Below are positions 18,495 through 28,200 of a DNA stretch of 64,000 nucleotides, piece by piece (within the stretch, counting starts at the first letter, position 1; each line of letters begins with the position of its first letter). The DNA is from Candidatus Magasanikbacteria bacterium CG11_big_fil_rev_8_21_14_0_20_39_34 (GTDB lineage: Bacteria; Patescibacteriota; Patescibacteriia; Magasanikbacterales; UBA922), in NCBI GenBank assembly GCA_002787355.1, contig PCWN01000007.1:184996-248995 (forward strand), in the 5' to 3' direction. The position numbers were made by a program, and so were the translations under genes. A model generated the notes under the pieces. It searched no databases. It was given only the letters and a program-made list of their open reading frames with translations, and had not been told where the DNA came from.

Positions 18495-19082
18495 CTAACG
18501 AGATACGGAATCAAACCTTTTATTGACTTCTTCCCAATTGACCGCATTCATAAAGGCTTCAATATACTCTGCTCGCTTCATGCCATAATCAAAGACAAAG
18601 GCATGTTCAAAAACATCCATAATAAGAAGAGGTTCTGTTCCCACGAGATGTCCAAGATCATGTTCGTTCACCCAAACATGAAAAATTTTATCGCTTCTTT
18701 TGTCATAGGTCATGACTGCCCAACCAATTCCACGTAATGATCCTGTTGAAATAAAATCTCGTTTTGCATTATCAAGGGATCCAAAGGTTTCTTCCAATTT
18801 TTTTGCGAGTGCTGACCCTTTGTCAAATTCCTTTTTTTGAGAAGTCATGTTTTCAAAGTAGTATTCATGCAGACGCATACCTCCAAATTCCCAACCGAAA
18901 CGTCGCTTCATCTCAGCATACTCTGGCCCAAAGTCAGCTACGGTTTGCAGGGTGTGCAATTTTTCCATCACTTTGTTGGTATTTGCCACGTAGCCCTCGT
19001 ACAACTTAAAATGGGTATTGAGTTGGTTATCAGAGAAGCCATCTGTTCCCAAAAGAGAAGAGAAGTCTTTTGCTTGATACAT
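18495..19082 (-). CDS. Fe/Mn superoxide dismutase (ChrC-like)
   Basis: HFKLYEGYV, LHEYYFENM, DVFEHAF. Confidence 0.9.
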   Translation of the reverse strand: MYQAKDFSSLLGTDGFSDNQLNTHFKLYEGYVANTNKVMEKLHTLQTVADFGPEYAEMKRRFGWEFGGMRLHEYYFENMTSQKKEFDKGSALAKKLEETFGSLDNAKRDFISTGSLRGIGWAVMTYDKRSDKIFHVWVNEHDLGHLVGTEPLLIMDVFEHAFVFDYGMKRAEYIEAFMNAVNWEEVNKRFDSVSR

Positions 19083-19107
19083 AAAATTTTGGTTAAGAAG
19101 TTACAAA

Positions 19108-19686
19108 TTAAATCTTTCCTACAAGGTCAAGACCTGGTTTGAGGGTATCGTCACCTGGTTTCCAGCGAGCAGGACACACTTCACCTCCGTGTTCTCGGAC
19201 GTATATAGCTGCTTGAAGCTTGCGAAGCAGCTCTGCCGCACTTCGACCAATACTATTGTCATGGATCTCATAGGCTTTGATTATGCCATCGGGGTCAATG
19301 ATGAAAGTTCCTCTCCAGGAAAGACCTTCTTCGGGAATATAGGTTCCAAATGTTTTGCAAACATGACCGGTTGGGTCTGCAGCCATAGGGTATTGAATCT
19401 GTTTGATACTTGGTGAGTGGTCGTGCCAAGCCTTATGAACAAATACTGTATCTGTACTTACACTAATAATTTCTGCGTTTAGCTTTTGAAATTCTGCATA
19501 ACTATCGGATAAATCAAGAAGCTCTGTAGGACAGACAAAAGTAAAGTCGGCTGGGTAAAAGAAAAGAACGACCCATTTTCCCAGGTAGTCCGATAGACTT
19601 ACTTCCTTGGTTTTTTCATTGTGAAAAACAGTAAATTTGAGTTCATCTACCTTACGCCCAATAAGTGATGTTGGATATTCTTGCAT
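19108..19686 (-). CDS. ahpC: 2-Cys peroxiredoxin
   Basis: FYPADFTFVCPTE and EVCPARW. Upstream TTGACG-17-TAAAAT promoter. Confidence 0.95.
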   Translation of the reverse strand: MQEYPTSLIGRKVDELKFTVFHNEKTKEVSLSDYLGKWVVLFFYPADFTFVCPTELLDLSDSYAEFQKLNAEIISVSTDTVFVHKAWHDHSPSIKQIQYPMAADPTGHVCKTFGTYIPEEGLSWRGTFIIDPDGIIKAYEIHDNSIGRSAAELLRKLQAAIYVREHGGEVCPARWKPGDDTLKPGLDLVGKI

Positions 19687-19851
19687 ATGGTTTCATTATA
19701 TGAATTATACTCTGTGTACACATTTTAACTCGTAAAAATCAATCCGTCAAACCTCTTTCTCTTGAATTTGTCTCTTTGAAAAAAGGAGAAGTACTTATCA
19801 ATTTCATATTTTCCTGCTATACTGAAGACACGGCTATTTATATAAACTTCC

Positions 19852-21594
19852 ATGCCAGCACCACAATTTACAAGAAAAAATGAAGATCGAAAGGAACATG
19901 AAAATGAGGTCTGTCTTTTTGCCGCTACGAATTTTCGCAGTCAGATGAGACGTTTTGGGATAAAAACAGATGATCGACGTCGTCACATGTACATCATTGG
20001 AAAAACAGGTATGGGAAAGTCCACCATGATGGAAAACATGCTTTTACATGACATATATAAAGGCCATGGTGTAGGGCTTGTGGATCCACACGGAGATTTT
20101 GCAGAAAAAATTATTGACTACATTCCTTCTTGGCGTATAAATGATGTTGTCTATTTTAATCCGTCCGATGTAGATTTTCCTATTGGGTTTAATATTTTGG
20201 AAGTAAAGGATGAAAAACAAAAGCACCTTATAGCGTCTGGACTGATGGGGATCTTTAAAAAAATCTGGCCGGATGTCTGGTCATCCCGTATGGAATACAT
20301 CTTGAACAATACCTTGCTTGCACTTTTAGACTATCCGGGATCGACGCTGTTGGGAATTAATAGACTTTTGTCAGACGACAAATATCGTAAACGCGTCATT
20401 GCAAAGCTTACTGATCCCGTTGTCAAAGCATTTTGGCAGATTGAATTTGCTGGGTATAGTGAAAAGTATGCTACTGAGGCAGTTGCACCAATTCAAAATA
20501 AAATCGGTCAGTTTCTTTCCGCGAGTGTCATCCGAAATATGGTTTCACAGGTAAAATCTACCATAGATGTACGTGGACTTATGGACAGTGGAAAAATTCT
20601 TATCATGAATCTTTCGAAAGGAAGAATAGGGGAGGACAATAGTAGACTCCTCGGAGGGATGCTGATTACCAAAATCCAGTTGGCGGCTATGGAACGAGTA
20701 GATATTCCGGAAGAAGAACGTCAGGATTTCTTTTTGTACGTTGATGAGTTTCAAAATTTTGCAACTCCATCTTTTGCAAATATTCTTTCTGAAGCACGTA
20801 AGTATCGGTTGGGCCTCATTATGGCCCATCAATACGTGGCGCAACTTGATGAAGTAGTAGCAGATGCGGTATTTGGAAACGTAGGAACCATTGTGACCTT
20901 CCGTGTGGGGGGAGCAGATGCTGAAATGCTTGCCAAAGAATTTGCTCCAACGTTTATCGAAGAAGATATTGTCAGTCTTGGGAAATATAATGTTTTTTTG
21001 AAACTTATGATAGATGGTGTTGCGTCTCAGCCCTTTAGTGCCACAACACTTCCACCGGTTGCCAATAGAACAGGAAGTGCAGAAAAAATTATACAGGTGA
21101 GTCGTGAGCGTTATGCAAAAACAAGGGCTGATGTTGAAGACAAAATTATGCGTTGGAGTATGTCGAGTCTTCAGTTTGGAAGTGGTACGGATGAAGAGGA
21201 AGATTCATCTTCAGATGAAGAAATCAAAAAAGAAAGAAGTTCAAAACCAAGAGAGGATTTCAAGCGTTCTGATAAAGAAGAATGGGGACAGGCGGTGCCA
21301 CAACCAAAAATTCAACCTGAGCAAGAAATGGAAATCGAGGAAGATCCAGAGGTATTTGCTGGAGAGTTGTTCATTGGGGATGTGAAGAAAGAATCATCTC
21401 ATGAAGAAGATACATCAAAAACAGAAGCTGAAGAAGAAGAGAAACCAGAAAAATCTGAAACTGATAGAGTGCTCGTACACCAAGAAGCAGAAGTCTCTGA
21501 TTCATCAACGGAAAAGCCTAAGAAAAAGCGCAAACGTAAACGTAAAAAGAAATCTAAAGAAAATCAAAATGCAAAAAGCGAACAAACTTCATAA
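19852..21594 (+). CDS. VirD4/TraG/HerA-like P-loop ATPase (type IV secretion DNA-binding domain protein) with charged C-terminal tail
   Basis: GKTGMGKS Walker A, VDPHGD, LYVDEFQNF Walker B, SEARKY, AHQY. Confidence 0.85.
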   Translation: MPAPQFTRKNEDRKEHENEVCLFAATNFRSQMRRFGIKTDDRRRHMYIIGKTGMGKSTMMENMLLHDIYKGHGVGLVDPHGDFAEKIIDYIPSWRINDVVYFNPSDVDFPIGFNILEVKDEKQKHLIASGLMGIFKKIWPDVWSSRMEYILNNTLLALLDYPGSTLLGINRLLSDDKYRKRVIAKLTDPVVKAFWQIEFAGYSEKYATEAVAPIQNKIGQFLSASVIRNMVSQVKSTIDVRGLMDSGKILIMNLSKGRIGEDNSRLLGGMLITKIQLAAMERVDIPEEERQDFFLYVDEFQNFATPSFANILSEARKYRLGLIMAHQYVAQLDEVVADAVFGNVGTIVTFRVGGADAEMLAKEFAPTFIEEDIVSLGKYNVFLKLMIDGVASQPFSATTLPPVANRTGSAEKIIQVSRERYAKTRADVEDKIMRWSMSSLQFGSGTDEEEDSSSDEEIKKERSSKPREDFKRSDKEEWGQAVPQPKIQPEQEMEIEEDPEVFAGELFIGDVKKESSHEEDTSKTEAEEEEKPEKSETDRVLVHQEAEVSDSSTEKPKKKRKRKRKKKSKENQNAKSEQTS

Positions 21595-23815
21595 TTTTTT
21601 GTCCCATTTTTCTCGTTTTTTATTGTACTGTGGTGTGGTTACCCTCCCACTTTTTGTGTTGGGTTTTACGCGTGACTGGCATAACTTTCCAAAAGGCATC
21701 CTTTTGGGTGCGATAGTCCTCAGTGTAGCTTTTTTATGGTTGCTTGATATCACAATTACCAAGGAGATGTATTTGCGAAAAACTCTTTTGGACACTCCCT
21801 TTTTGGTTTTTTTGGTACTTCTTCTTATAAGTAGTTTGGTCTCGGTCAATAAACTTATTAGCTTTTCTGGTTTGCCAGAACACTATGTGTTTCATTTTTT
21901 TGGTGTACTTTTTTTGTATGGCTGGTTTTGGTTTTGTGTTCAATATATTAATAAAATTTCTCAGTGGAAATTACTTGCAACCTTATTTTTAAGTTCTATA
22001 GTGGGTGTTTCTATTCTTTATATCACGAAGTGGCTTCCAAGTGGAATCCTCAATACCATTGCTTCTGATTCTATCTCTCTGGCTGTTTTATGTGCTGTTG
22101 TAGGAGTCATAGGTTGGGGGCTTGTACTACAGAGAAAAAATAACTATGTCATGCAAATAGTAGGTCTCTTGGTTGGGCTTTCGTCATATATTGTTCTTTT
22201 ACGACTTGATTTTACCGTTGCATGGGTTATGTTTTGTCTGGGGATGGGACTTTTATTAGTACTGGGGATTACGCTTTTGGCAGAGACACGTATGTCTGTC
22301 CTTACCCTTATTTTTTTCCTTTTTTTGGTTTCATTACTTTTTATATTTTTTGGAGCCCCTACACATCTCAAAGATAAAGTTCCATTAGATATTTCACTTG
22401 GAGCCGCTGCCTCATGGCAAATCACTTCATCTGCTTTTTTTGATAATATAAAAACTTTTTTGATTGGAAGTGGTCCGGGCACTTTTCTTTATGACTTTTC
22501 TAAATACAGAACCGCATCTTTTAATGCAAATCAGTTTATTTGGTTGGAGCGTTTTCATACCCCATATAATACGGTTTTTGCCATTCTTTCTGAAACGGGT
22601 ATTTTGGGCTTTCTCGCTTTTTTTGTCATCATTCTATTGTCTGTAGGAAGTATGTTTTCTGGATGGCTCAAGACACGACCGTCTGTTTGGGGAGAAGCAA
22701 AACAGTTTCTACTTCACAAAGATACGGAGCTTATTCGTTTTGAAGTTTTTGTATTTGTTGTTGCATGGCTTACATTGTCGGTAGCAATGTTCTTTCTGTA
22801 TTTTAACTTTACCCTATGGTGGGTATGGTGGACACTTCTTGGGATCATCATTGTTGGGCTCTATACTATGGTTCCGGGTCTTGTAAAAGAAAAAGCATTA
22901 ATGTTAAAAGTTTCACCACAGTATGCACTGTTTTTATCCTTTACCATGGTGTTTGTATTAACTATAATTTTAGTAGTCAGTGTTCTTGATGCAAGAGTTT
23001 ATTTAGCGGAAGTACACTACTCAAAAGCAATTAAAGAAAATAGCAGTGATAGAATTGAGCGAGAACTTCATTTGGCGTTAGGACTGCGTCCAGAATATGC
23101 TCCGTATAAGGTTGCACTTGCAAAATTATACTTGCAAAATGCACGTGTAGAATCCCAAAATGCAACTCCCAATGCAGATAAAATTGCCGACTTTATTTCT
23201 CTTGCAGTAAAAGAAGCTCGTGAATCCGCCCAAGAAAGTCCAAATAGTATCGTCAACTGGGAAACCTTGGCAGTTATGTATATCAATGCTCGACCGCTTG
23301 CCCCAGACGCCAATACCTGGGCTATAGATGCACTTGAGCGTTCACTCTCACTTGAGCCAAGCAATGCTATTTTGGAGTGGCGTCTTGCAGATACATACAG
23401 ATTTGCCAACCAATTGGATAAGGCAGAGGAAGGTTATAAAAAGGCGATAGCACTCAAACCGGACTATGCAAAGGCCTATATTGACCTTGCACTTTTATAC
23501 GAATCACAGAATAAACTTACTGAGGCAATCAACACCTATGCCCCTATTTATCCAGCTATAGAAAATAATGTAGAAGCACTATTTAATTTGGGAAGACTCT
23601 TTTACAATAGGGGAGAAGATCAGGATTTTGATAAAGCAAAGCAGTTGTTTGAAAGGGTCATATCCATAGAACCAAACTATTCCAATGCGCTCTTTAGTCT
23701 GGGACTCATAGCAGAGAGAAATGGGCAAACGGAAGCGGCAAAGGGGTATTTTTCAAAAGCTTTGGAATTAAATCCAGATAATCAAGAACTCAAAGATAGG
23801 CTAAAAAAGTTATAA
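21569..23815 (+). CDS. O-antigen ligase (Wzy_C)-like membrane protein with C-terminal TPRs
   Basis: Many TM helices, LIGSGPGTF, HTPYNTVFAILSETGILG, TPR repeats. Confidence 0.8.
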   Translation: MQKANKLHNFLSHFSRFLLYCGVVTLPLFVLGFTRDWHNFPKGILLGAIVLSVAFLWLLDITITKEMYLRKTLLDTPFLVFLVLLLISSLVSVNKLISFSGLPEHYVFHFFGVLFLYGWFWFCVQYINKISQWKLLATLFLSSIVGVSILYITKWLPSGILNTIASDSISLAVLCAVVGVIGWGLVLQRKNNYVMQIVGLLVGLSSYIVLLRLDFTVAWVMFCLGMGLLLVLGITLLAETRMSVLTLIFFLFLVSLLFIFFGAPTHLKDKVPLDISLGAAASWQITSSAFFDNIKTFLIGSGPGTFLYDFSKYRTASFNANQFIWLERFHTPYNTVFAILSETGILGFLAFFVIILLSVGSMFSGWLKTRPSVWGEAKQFLLHKDTELIRFEVFVFVVAWLTLSVAMFFLYFNFTLWWVWWTLLGIIIVGLYTMVPGLVKEKALMLKVSPQYALFLSFTMVFVLTIILVVSVLDARVYLAEVHYSKAIKENSSDRIERELHLALGLRPEYAPYKVALAKLYLQNARVESQNATPNADKIADFISLAVKEARESAQESPNSIVNWETLAVMYINARPLAPDANTWAIDALERSLSLEPSNAILEWRLADTYRFANQLDKAEEGYKKAIALKPDYAKAYIDLALLYESQNKLTEAINTYAPIYPAIENNVEALFNLGRLFYNRGEDQDFDKAKQLFERVISIEPNYSNALFSLGLIAERNGQTEAAKGYFSKALELNPDNQELKDRLKKL

Positions 23816-23827
23816 ATATAAAATAAG

Positions 23828-23854
23828 AAAAGGGCCTCTCAAAGGCCCTTTTTT
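23828..23854 (+). terminator. Intrinsic terminator
   Basis: AAAAGGGCCT-CTCAA-AGGCCCTTTTTT. Confidence 0.75.
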
Positions 23855-23869
23855 GTTTGGTAAATGGAG

Positions 23870-23968
23870 AAAAAACGAAAACAGCGACCGAAGCCGCCGT
23901 TTTCTACCCACCTGTCACGCTGTTGGAGCCAAAACTTACAAAAGTAAATTTTTACTCACTGACGTGAC
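23870..23968 (-). ncRNA. Candidate stand-alone small structured RNA, family unknown
   Basis: Promoter TTGACA-17-CATAAT. Long hairpin GUCACG...GAGUAAAAAUUUAC-UUUU-GUAAGUUUUGGCUC...CGUGAC, then 12-bp cUUCGg terminator hairpin and U tract. No ORF. Confidence 0.6.
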
Positions 23969-23973
23969 ACGTT

Positions 23974-24018
23974 ATTATGCCATAAAACATTGCTTTTGTC
24001 AAGAGGACATGCTATAAT
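23974..24018. promoter_or_regulatory. Overlapping divergent sigma70 promoters
   Basis: Minus strand: TTGACA (23997-24002), 17 nt, CATAAT (23974-23979). Plus strand: TTGCTT, 17 nt, TATAAT (24013-24018) with TG. Confidence 0.65.
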
Positions 24019-24061
24019 ATATGTGAATAAGTATAAAATTAAGCTAATTTAAGCATATATT

Positions 24062-24469
24062 ATGAACTACACACGAGCTCTTCTTACCTCAATTATGTTT
24101 TACATAGGTATAGCTGTTATTGCTATACTCCTTATGGAGTTTGGTCATTTTACCAATGAATCCAATCTCTTCCATGCTATTTTTACGCTTCTCTCTATTC
24201 CTTTGGTACTTCTTGCCGCGAAGTGGTATTTCCACAAGGATTCACCACCAACAGCCAAAAAGGGATTGGGGTTGGGTATTATAGTATTTGCTTGGGTGAT
24301 CATATTTGATATTATCTTCCGTGTTCCACAACAAATGTCCGGTTCAATTGTAGCATATTATTCAGATTGGAAATTGCTCGGTGAATACCTTTTTGATATT
24401 TTGTTGTTTGCCTATGCCGGTTTTGAATTTGACGATGTATATACACAGGGCGCAGAGAAAGGGGAATAG
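24062..24469 (+). CDS. Four-TM hypothetical membrane protein (DUF5367-like)
   Basis: Four hydrophobic segments; KKGLGLG...FDIIF...YYSDW. Confidence 0.6.
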   Translation: MNYTRALLTSIMFYIGIAVIAILLMEFGHFTNESNLFHAIFTLLSIPLVLLAAKWYFHKDSPPTAKKGLGLGIIVFAWVIIFDIIFRVPQQMSGSIVAYYSDWKLLGEYLFDILLFAYAGFEFDDVYTQGAEKGE

Positions 24470-24488
24470 TATTTTAAAATTTTTTAGT

Positions 24489-25115
24489 ATGGGTTATTCA
24501 CAAAAACAGCAAGATCTTTTGGATTTTACCTCTCAGAGAGTAAGAGATCTTTTTGAGAGCTTTCCAGCCCCAGCACATGGGATAGAACACGCACAAAGGG
24601 TTGCCATGAGGATAAAAGATATTGCCGAACAAGAAGGGGAAGATGTATTTTTTTGTGAGCTTTTGGGTTGGCTTCATGATGTTGGCCGTGCTGCGGAATT
24701 TCATAATAATCCAGAGAATAAACAACATCAGGAACTTTCCTACGATTTACTTCGAGTTTGGTTCCGTGAGGTTGACCAGTTTCAAGTGTTATCAGAATCT
24801 CAAAAGTTAGAGCTTTTGTATGGTATCCGTTGGCATTGGAATGATAGAGCAGATGGCTACAAAACAGCTATTATTCTTCGTGATGCCGATAAGTTGGATG
24901 CTATGGGAAGGATTGGGCTGGACCGAATTTATGAATTTTGTGCGCATGTGCCAACGCTAAGTGTTCAGACTGATCTGCGTTTTCGGTATCATATGAAAGA
25001 TTTTATTCGCACAAAAGCGGCTCAAGAAATATTTGAAAAAGAAAAACTTTTTGAACCTATTGAAACCGAGCTTTTTACATTGCTCGATGAAGCCATTGTT
25101 CCCTGTGAATTGTAA
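24489..25115 (+). CDS. HD-domain phosphohydrolase
   Basis: HGIEHAQRV, WLHDVGR, DADKLDAMG. Confidence 0.88.
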   Translation: MGYSQKQQDLLDFTSQRVRDLFESFPAPAHGIEHAQRVAMRIKDIAEQEGEDVFFCELLGWLHDVGRAAEFHNNPENKQHQELSYDLLRVWFREVDQFQVLSESQKLELLYGIRWHWNDRADGYKTAIILRDADKLDAMGRIGLDRIYEFCAHVPTLSVQTDLRFRYHMKDFIRTKAAQEIFEKEKLFEPIETELFTLLDEAIVPCEL

Positions 25116-25128
25116 TTTGAATTAAAAA

Positions 25129-26232
25129 ATGTCCCAAAAAAGGAAAAAAGTTCTTGTTTGTCTTTCAGGGGGTGTCGACTCAGCAGTTGCCGCCCTTTTG
25201 TTGCAGAAAGAGGGATATGAGGTGACGGGGGCCTACATGAAGCAGTGGAGTGATACCAAAGAGCTCTCTGGCGTGTGTAGTTGGAAGGAAGACAGAAGAA
25301 CTGCTATTCGGGTTGCTGCACATTTGGACATTCCAATTATTACTCTGGATTTTGAACAGGAATACAAAAAGTGGGTCATGGAATATATGTTTGATGCCTA
25401 TGAGGCGGGAAGAACCCCTAATCCGGATGTTATGTGCAACAAGTTTATTAAATTTGGTGTTTGGTTGGAAAAGGCGCTTGAGATGGGTTTTGACTCTATG
25501 GCTACTGGTCACTATGCCAGGATAAAAGAAGAAAAAAAGAAATTCTTCTTGGCGCAGGCAAAGGATGAAGGAAAAGATCAAACCTATTTTCTCCATCAAG
25601 TCACGACTGATCAATTGGAACATGTACTTTTTCCATTAGGAGGATATACCAAGGAAGAAGTTCGAGTATTAGCCCAAAAAAATAACCTTCCAAATGCAAA
25701 TCGTGAAGAATCCATGGGAATTTGTTTTGTGGGAGAAGTTCCTATGAATGAATTTTTACAACAAAAAATTTCAAAGCATCCAGGAACTGTGCGTATGAGC
25801 AGTGGAGAAGAGGTGGGATCTCATGATGGGCTGAGCTTTTATACTATTGGGCAACGTCATGTGCATATCAAAAATCCAAGGTCAGAAGTCATTTCTCATC
25901 TTGGGGGTGGTGAAAATACGAAACCGCTCTATGTTCTCAAAAAGGATTTTGAAAAGAATGAACTTATCGTCGGTTTTGAGGATGACCCACTCATGTTTTC
26001 AAAAATAATAGGTGTTTCCGGTATACATTGGATAAGTGGACAAAATCCAGACTTTCCACTAGAATGTGCGGTGAGACTTCGTCATAGGCAGGAGTTGCAA
26101 CCTTGCAGTGTTTCTCTTCTTGAGGGAAAAGTATCTATTGAAATGAAAGAACCTCAAAAATCTATCACTCCAGGACAATTTGCTGTTTTCTATAAGAAAG
26201 GGATTTGTTTGGGTGGTGGTGAAATTATTTAA
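25129..26232 (+). CDS. mnmA: tRNA 2-thiouridine(34) synthase
   Basis: SGGVDS, TPNPDVMCN, ATGHY, KDQTYFL, ESMGICF, TPGQ. Confidence 0.97.
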   Translation: MSQKRKKVLVCLSGGVDSAVAALLLQKEGYEVTGAYMKQWSDTKELSGVCSWKEDRRTAIRVAAHLDIPIITLDFEQEYKKWVMEYMFDAYEAGRTPNPDVMCNKFIKFGVWLEKALEMGFDSMATGHYARIKEEKKKFFLAQAKDEGKDQTYFLHQVTTDQLEHVLFPLGGYTKEEVRVLAQKNNLPNANREESMGICFVGEVPMNEFLQQKISKHPGTVRMSSGEEVGSHDGLSFYTIGQRHVHIKNPRSEVISHLGGGENTKPLYVLKKDFEKNELIVGFEDDPLMFSKIIGVSGIHWISGQNPDFPLECAVRLRHRQELQPCSVSLLEGKVSIEMKEPQKSITPGQFAVFYKKGICLGGGEII

Positions 26233-26242
26233 TATTTTATAT

Positions 26243-28198
26243 ATGAAAACTAACGATATTCGACAAAAATATTTGGAATTTTTTCAGAAAAAGCAACATG
26301 AAATTTTGACGTCTGCTTCATTGCTTCCAGAAAACGATCCAACAACACTTTTCACGGGTTCTGGAATGCAACCAATGGTACCGTATCTTTTGGGTGAAAA
26401 ACATCCATTGGGAGTAAGACTTGCGGATTCACAAAAGTGTTTTCGTTCTGGAGATATAGATGAAGTAGGGGATAATCGACATACTACCTTTTTTGAAATG
26501 CTTGGGAATTGGAGTCTTGGTGATTATTTTAAAGAAGAGCAAATTTCATGGATGTGGGAATTTTTAACACAAGAACTTGGTTTGGATCCAGAGCACCTCT
26601 ATGTTACTTGTTTTACCGGAAGTGAGGAACTTTCTATACCAAGAGATGAAGAGTCGGCTCACTTGTGGCAAAAACTTTTTCAAGAAAGGGGAATTGAAGC
26701 AAAAATAGTTGAAAATTCAGAAGAAGAAGGAATGCAAGGAGGAAGAATCTTTTATTACTCGGAAAAAAAGAATTGGTGGAGTCGTAGTGGCATTCCACAA
26801 AATATGCCAGAAGGGGAACCGGGGGGACCTGATACCGAAATGTTTTGGGATTTTGGTGAGAAACTTGGGCTTCATGAGAAGTCATCATGGAAGGATTTGC
26901 CTTGCCATGTAAATTGTGATTGCGGACGATTTGTAGAAATTGGCAACAATGTTTTCATGCAGTACAAAAAAACATCTTCTGGATTTGAACAGCTGGTACA
27001 GAAGAATGTGGATTTTGGTGGAGGACTTGAAAGAGTGGCTGCTGCGGTCAACAATGATCCGGATATTTTTACGATTGACCTCTTTGATGGAGTACGATCT
27101 ACCTTGGAAGAACTTTCTGGAAAAAAATATGGTGAAGATGAAAAAGATACCTTTGCTTTTCGTGTGATATTAGATCATATGAGAGCTGCTGTTTTTCTTA
27201 TTAGTGATGGTGCCTATCCATCCAATAAAGACCAGGGATACTTTACTCGAAGGTTGGTGCGTCGTGCGATACAATTTTCTGCACATTTGGATATTACTGA
27301 AAATTTTGTTGAGCGTTGTACTCGTTCTATTATTGAAACCTATCAGTATGCCTACCCGCTTCTTCAAGAAAAATTGGATGAAATTGTAAAGGTGCTGAAG
27401 ACGGAAGAAGAAAAATTTCGCAAGGCTATTGAAAGAGCAAAAAAAGAATACAATAAAATTGAAGGAGAGATACAATCTTTGCTTGAAGGAACTTCAAATA
27501 CGGAAAATACCGAACTCATTTATGAAAAGCTTGCCGGGATATGTGCAAACTTATACCAAACACATGGACTTCCATTTGAAATTTTTGTAGAATTTGTAGA
27601 AAAGTTAGGTTTTCAGATAGATGAGCATAAGCTTTCTCGTGCATTTGAACAAGAATTTAAAAAGCATCAAGAACTCTCACGTCAGGGATCTGAGCAAAAG
27701 TTTAAAGGAGGACTTTCTGATCATAGTGACATGAGTATAAAATATCACACGGCTACACACCTATTGCATATTGCCCTGCGCAAGGTTCTTGGAGATCATG
27801 TTGGTCAAAAGGGAAGCAATATTACTCCGGAACGTTTACGTTTTGATTTTTCCCACAATGATAAGCTTACAGAGGATCAACTCAAACAAGTGGAAGATTT
27901 GGTAAATGCTGCCATAGAGAAAGATTACCCCGTATCTTTTCAGGAGATGAAGGTGGAGGAAGCGTATAAGGAAGGTGTTATTGGTATGTTTCCAGAGCGG
28001 TATGATGATGTGGTGAAAGTATATACCATTGGGGACCCAACTCATCCGGGAAATGCAAATCCAGAAGAACCTACATTTAGTCGTGAAATCTGTGGTGGGC
28101 CACATGTGGAACACACAGGAGTTCTAGGCCACTTTACAATTACCAAGGAGGAGTCCTGTAGTGCTGGGGTAAGAAGAATAAAAGCCATTTTAGAGTAG
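26243..28198 (+). CDS. alaS: Alanine--tRNA ligase (short form, no C-Ala domain)
   Basis: DPTTLFTGSGM, HTTFFEMLGNWS, HTATH, CGGPHV; ends GVRRIKAILE. Confidence 0.96.
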   Translation: MKTNDIRQKYLEFFQKKQHEILTSASLLPENDPTTLFTGSGMQPMVPYLLGEKHPLGVRLADSQKCFRSGDIDEVGDNRHTTFFEMLGNWSLGDYFKEEQISWMWEFLTQELGLDPEHLYVTCFTGSEELSIPRDEESAHLWQKLFQERGIEAKIVENSEEEGMQGGRIFYYSEKKNWWSRSGIPQNMPEGEPGGPDTEMFWDFGEKLGLHEKSSWKDLPCHVNCDCGRFVEIGNNVFMQYKKTSSGFEQLVQKNVDFGGGLERVAAAVNNDPDIFTIDLFDGVRSTLEELSGKKYGEDEKDTFAFRVILDHMRAAVFLISDGAYPSNKDQGYFTRRLVRRAIQFSAHLDITENFVERCTRSIIETYQYAYPLLQEKLDEIVKVLKTEEEKFRKAIERAKKEYNKIEGEIQSLLEGTSNTENTELIYEKLAGICANLYQTHGLPFEIFVEFVEKLGFQIDEHKLSRAFEQEFKKHQELSRQGSEQKFKGGLSDHSDMSIKYHTATHLLHIALRKVLGDHVGQKGSNITPERLRFDFSHNDKLTEDQLKQVEDLVNAAIEKDYPVSFQEMKVEEAYKEGVIGMFPERYDDVVKVYTIGDPTHPGNANPEEPTFSREICGGPHVEHTGVLGHFTITKEESCSAGVRRIKAILE

Positions 28199-28200
28199 TC

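Noticed and set aside
21401-21568. Long N-terminal overlap of the TPR/ligase ORF with the ATPase gene
   Set aside because: Off-frame read of the A-rich ATPase tail; the ATG at 21569 just before the first TM helix is more plausible.
19852-21594. Conjugative element suggested by the VirD4-like gene
   Set aside because: No relaxase, VirB4, integrase or att repeats; composition matches the host.
23870-23968. Identification of the sRNA as SRP RNA, canonical 6S RNA or a riboswitch
   Set aside because: It lacks the SRP GNRA/AGCAG helix-8 motif, is about half the length of 6S, and has no same-strand gene downstream to regulate.
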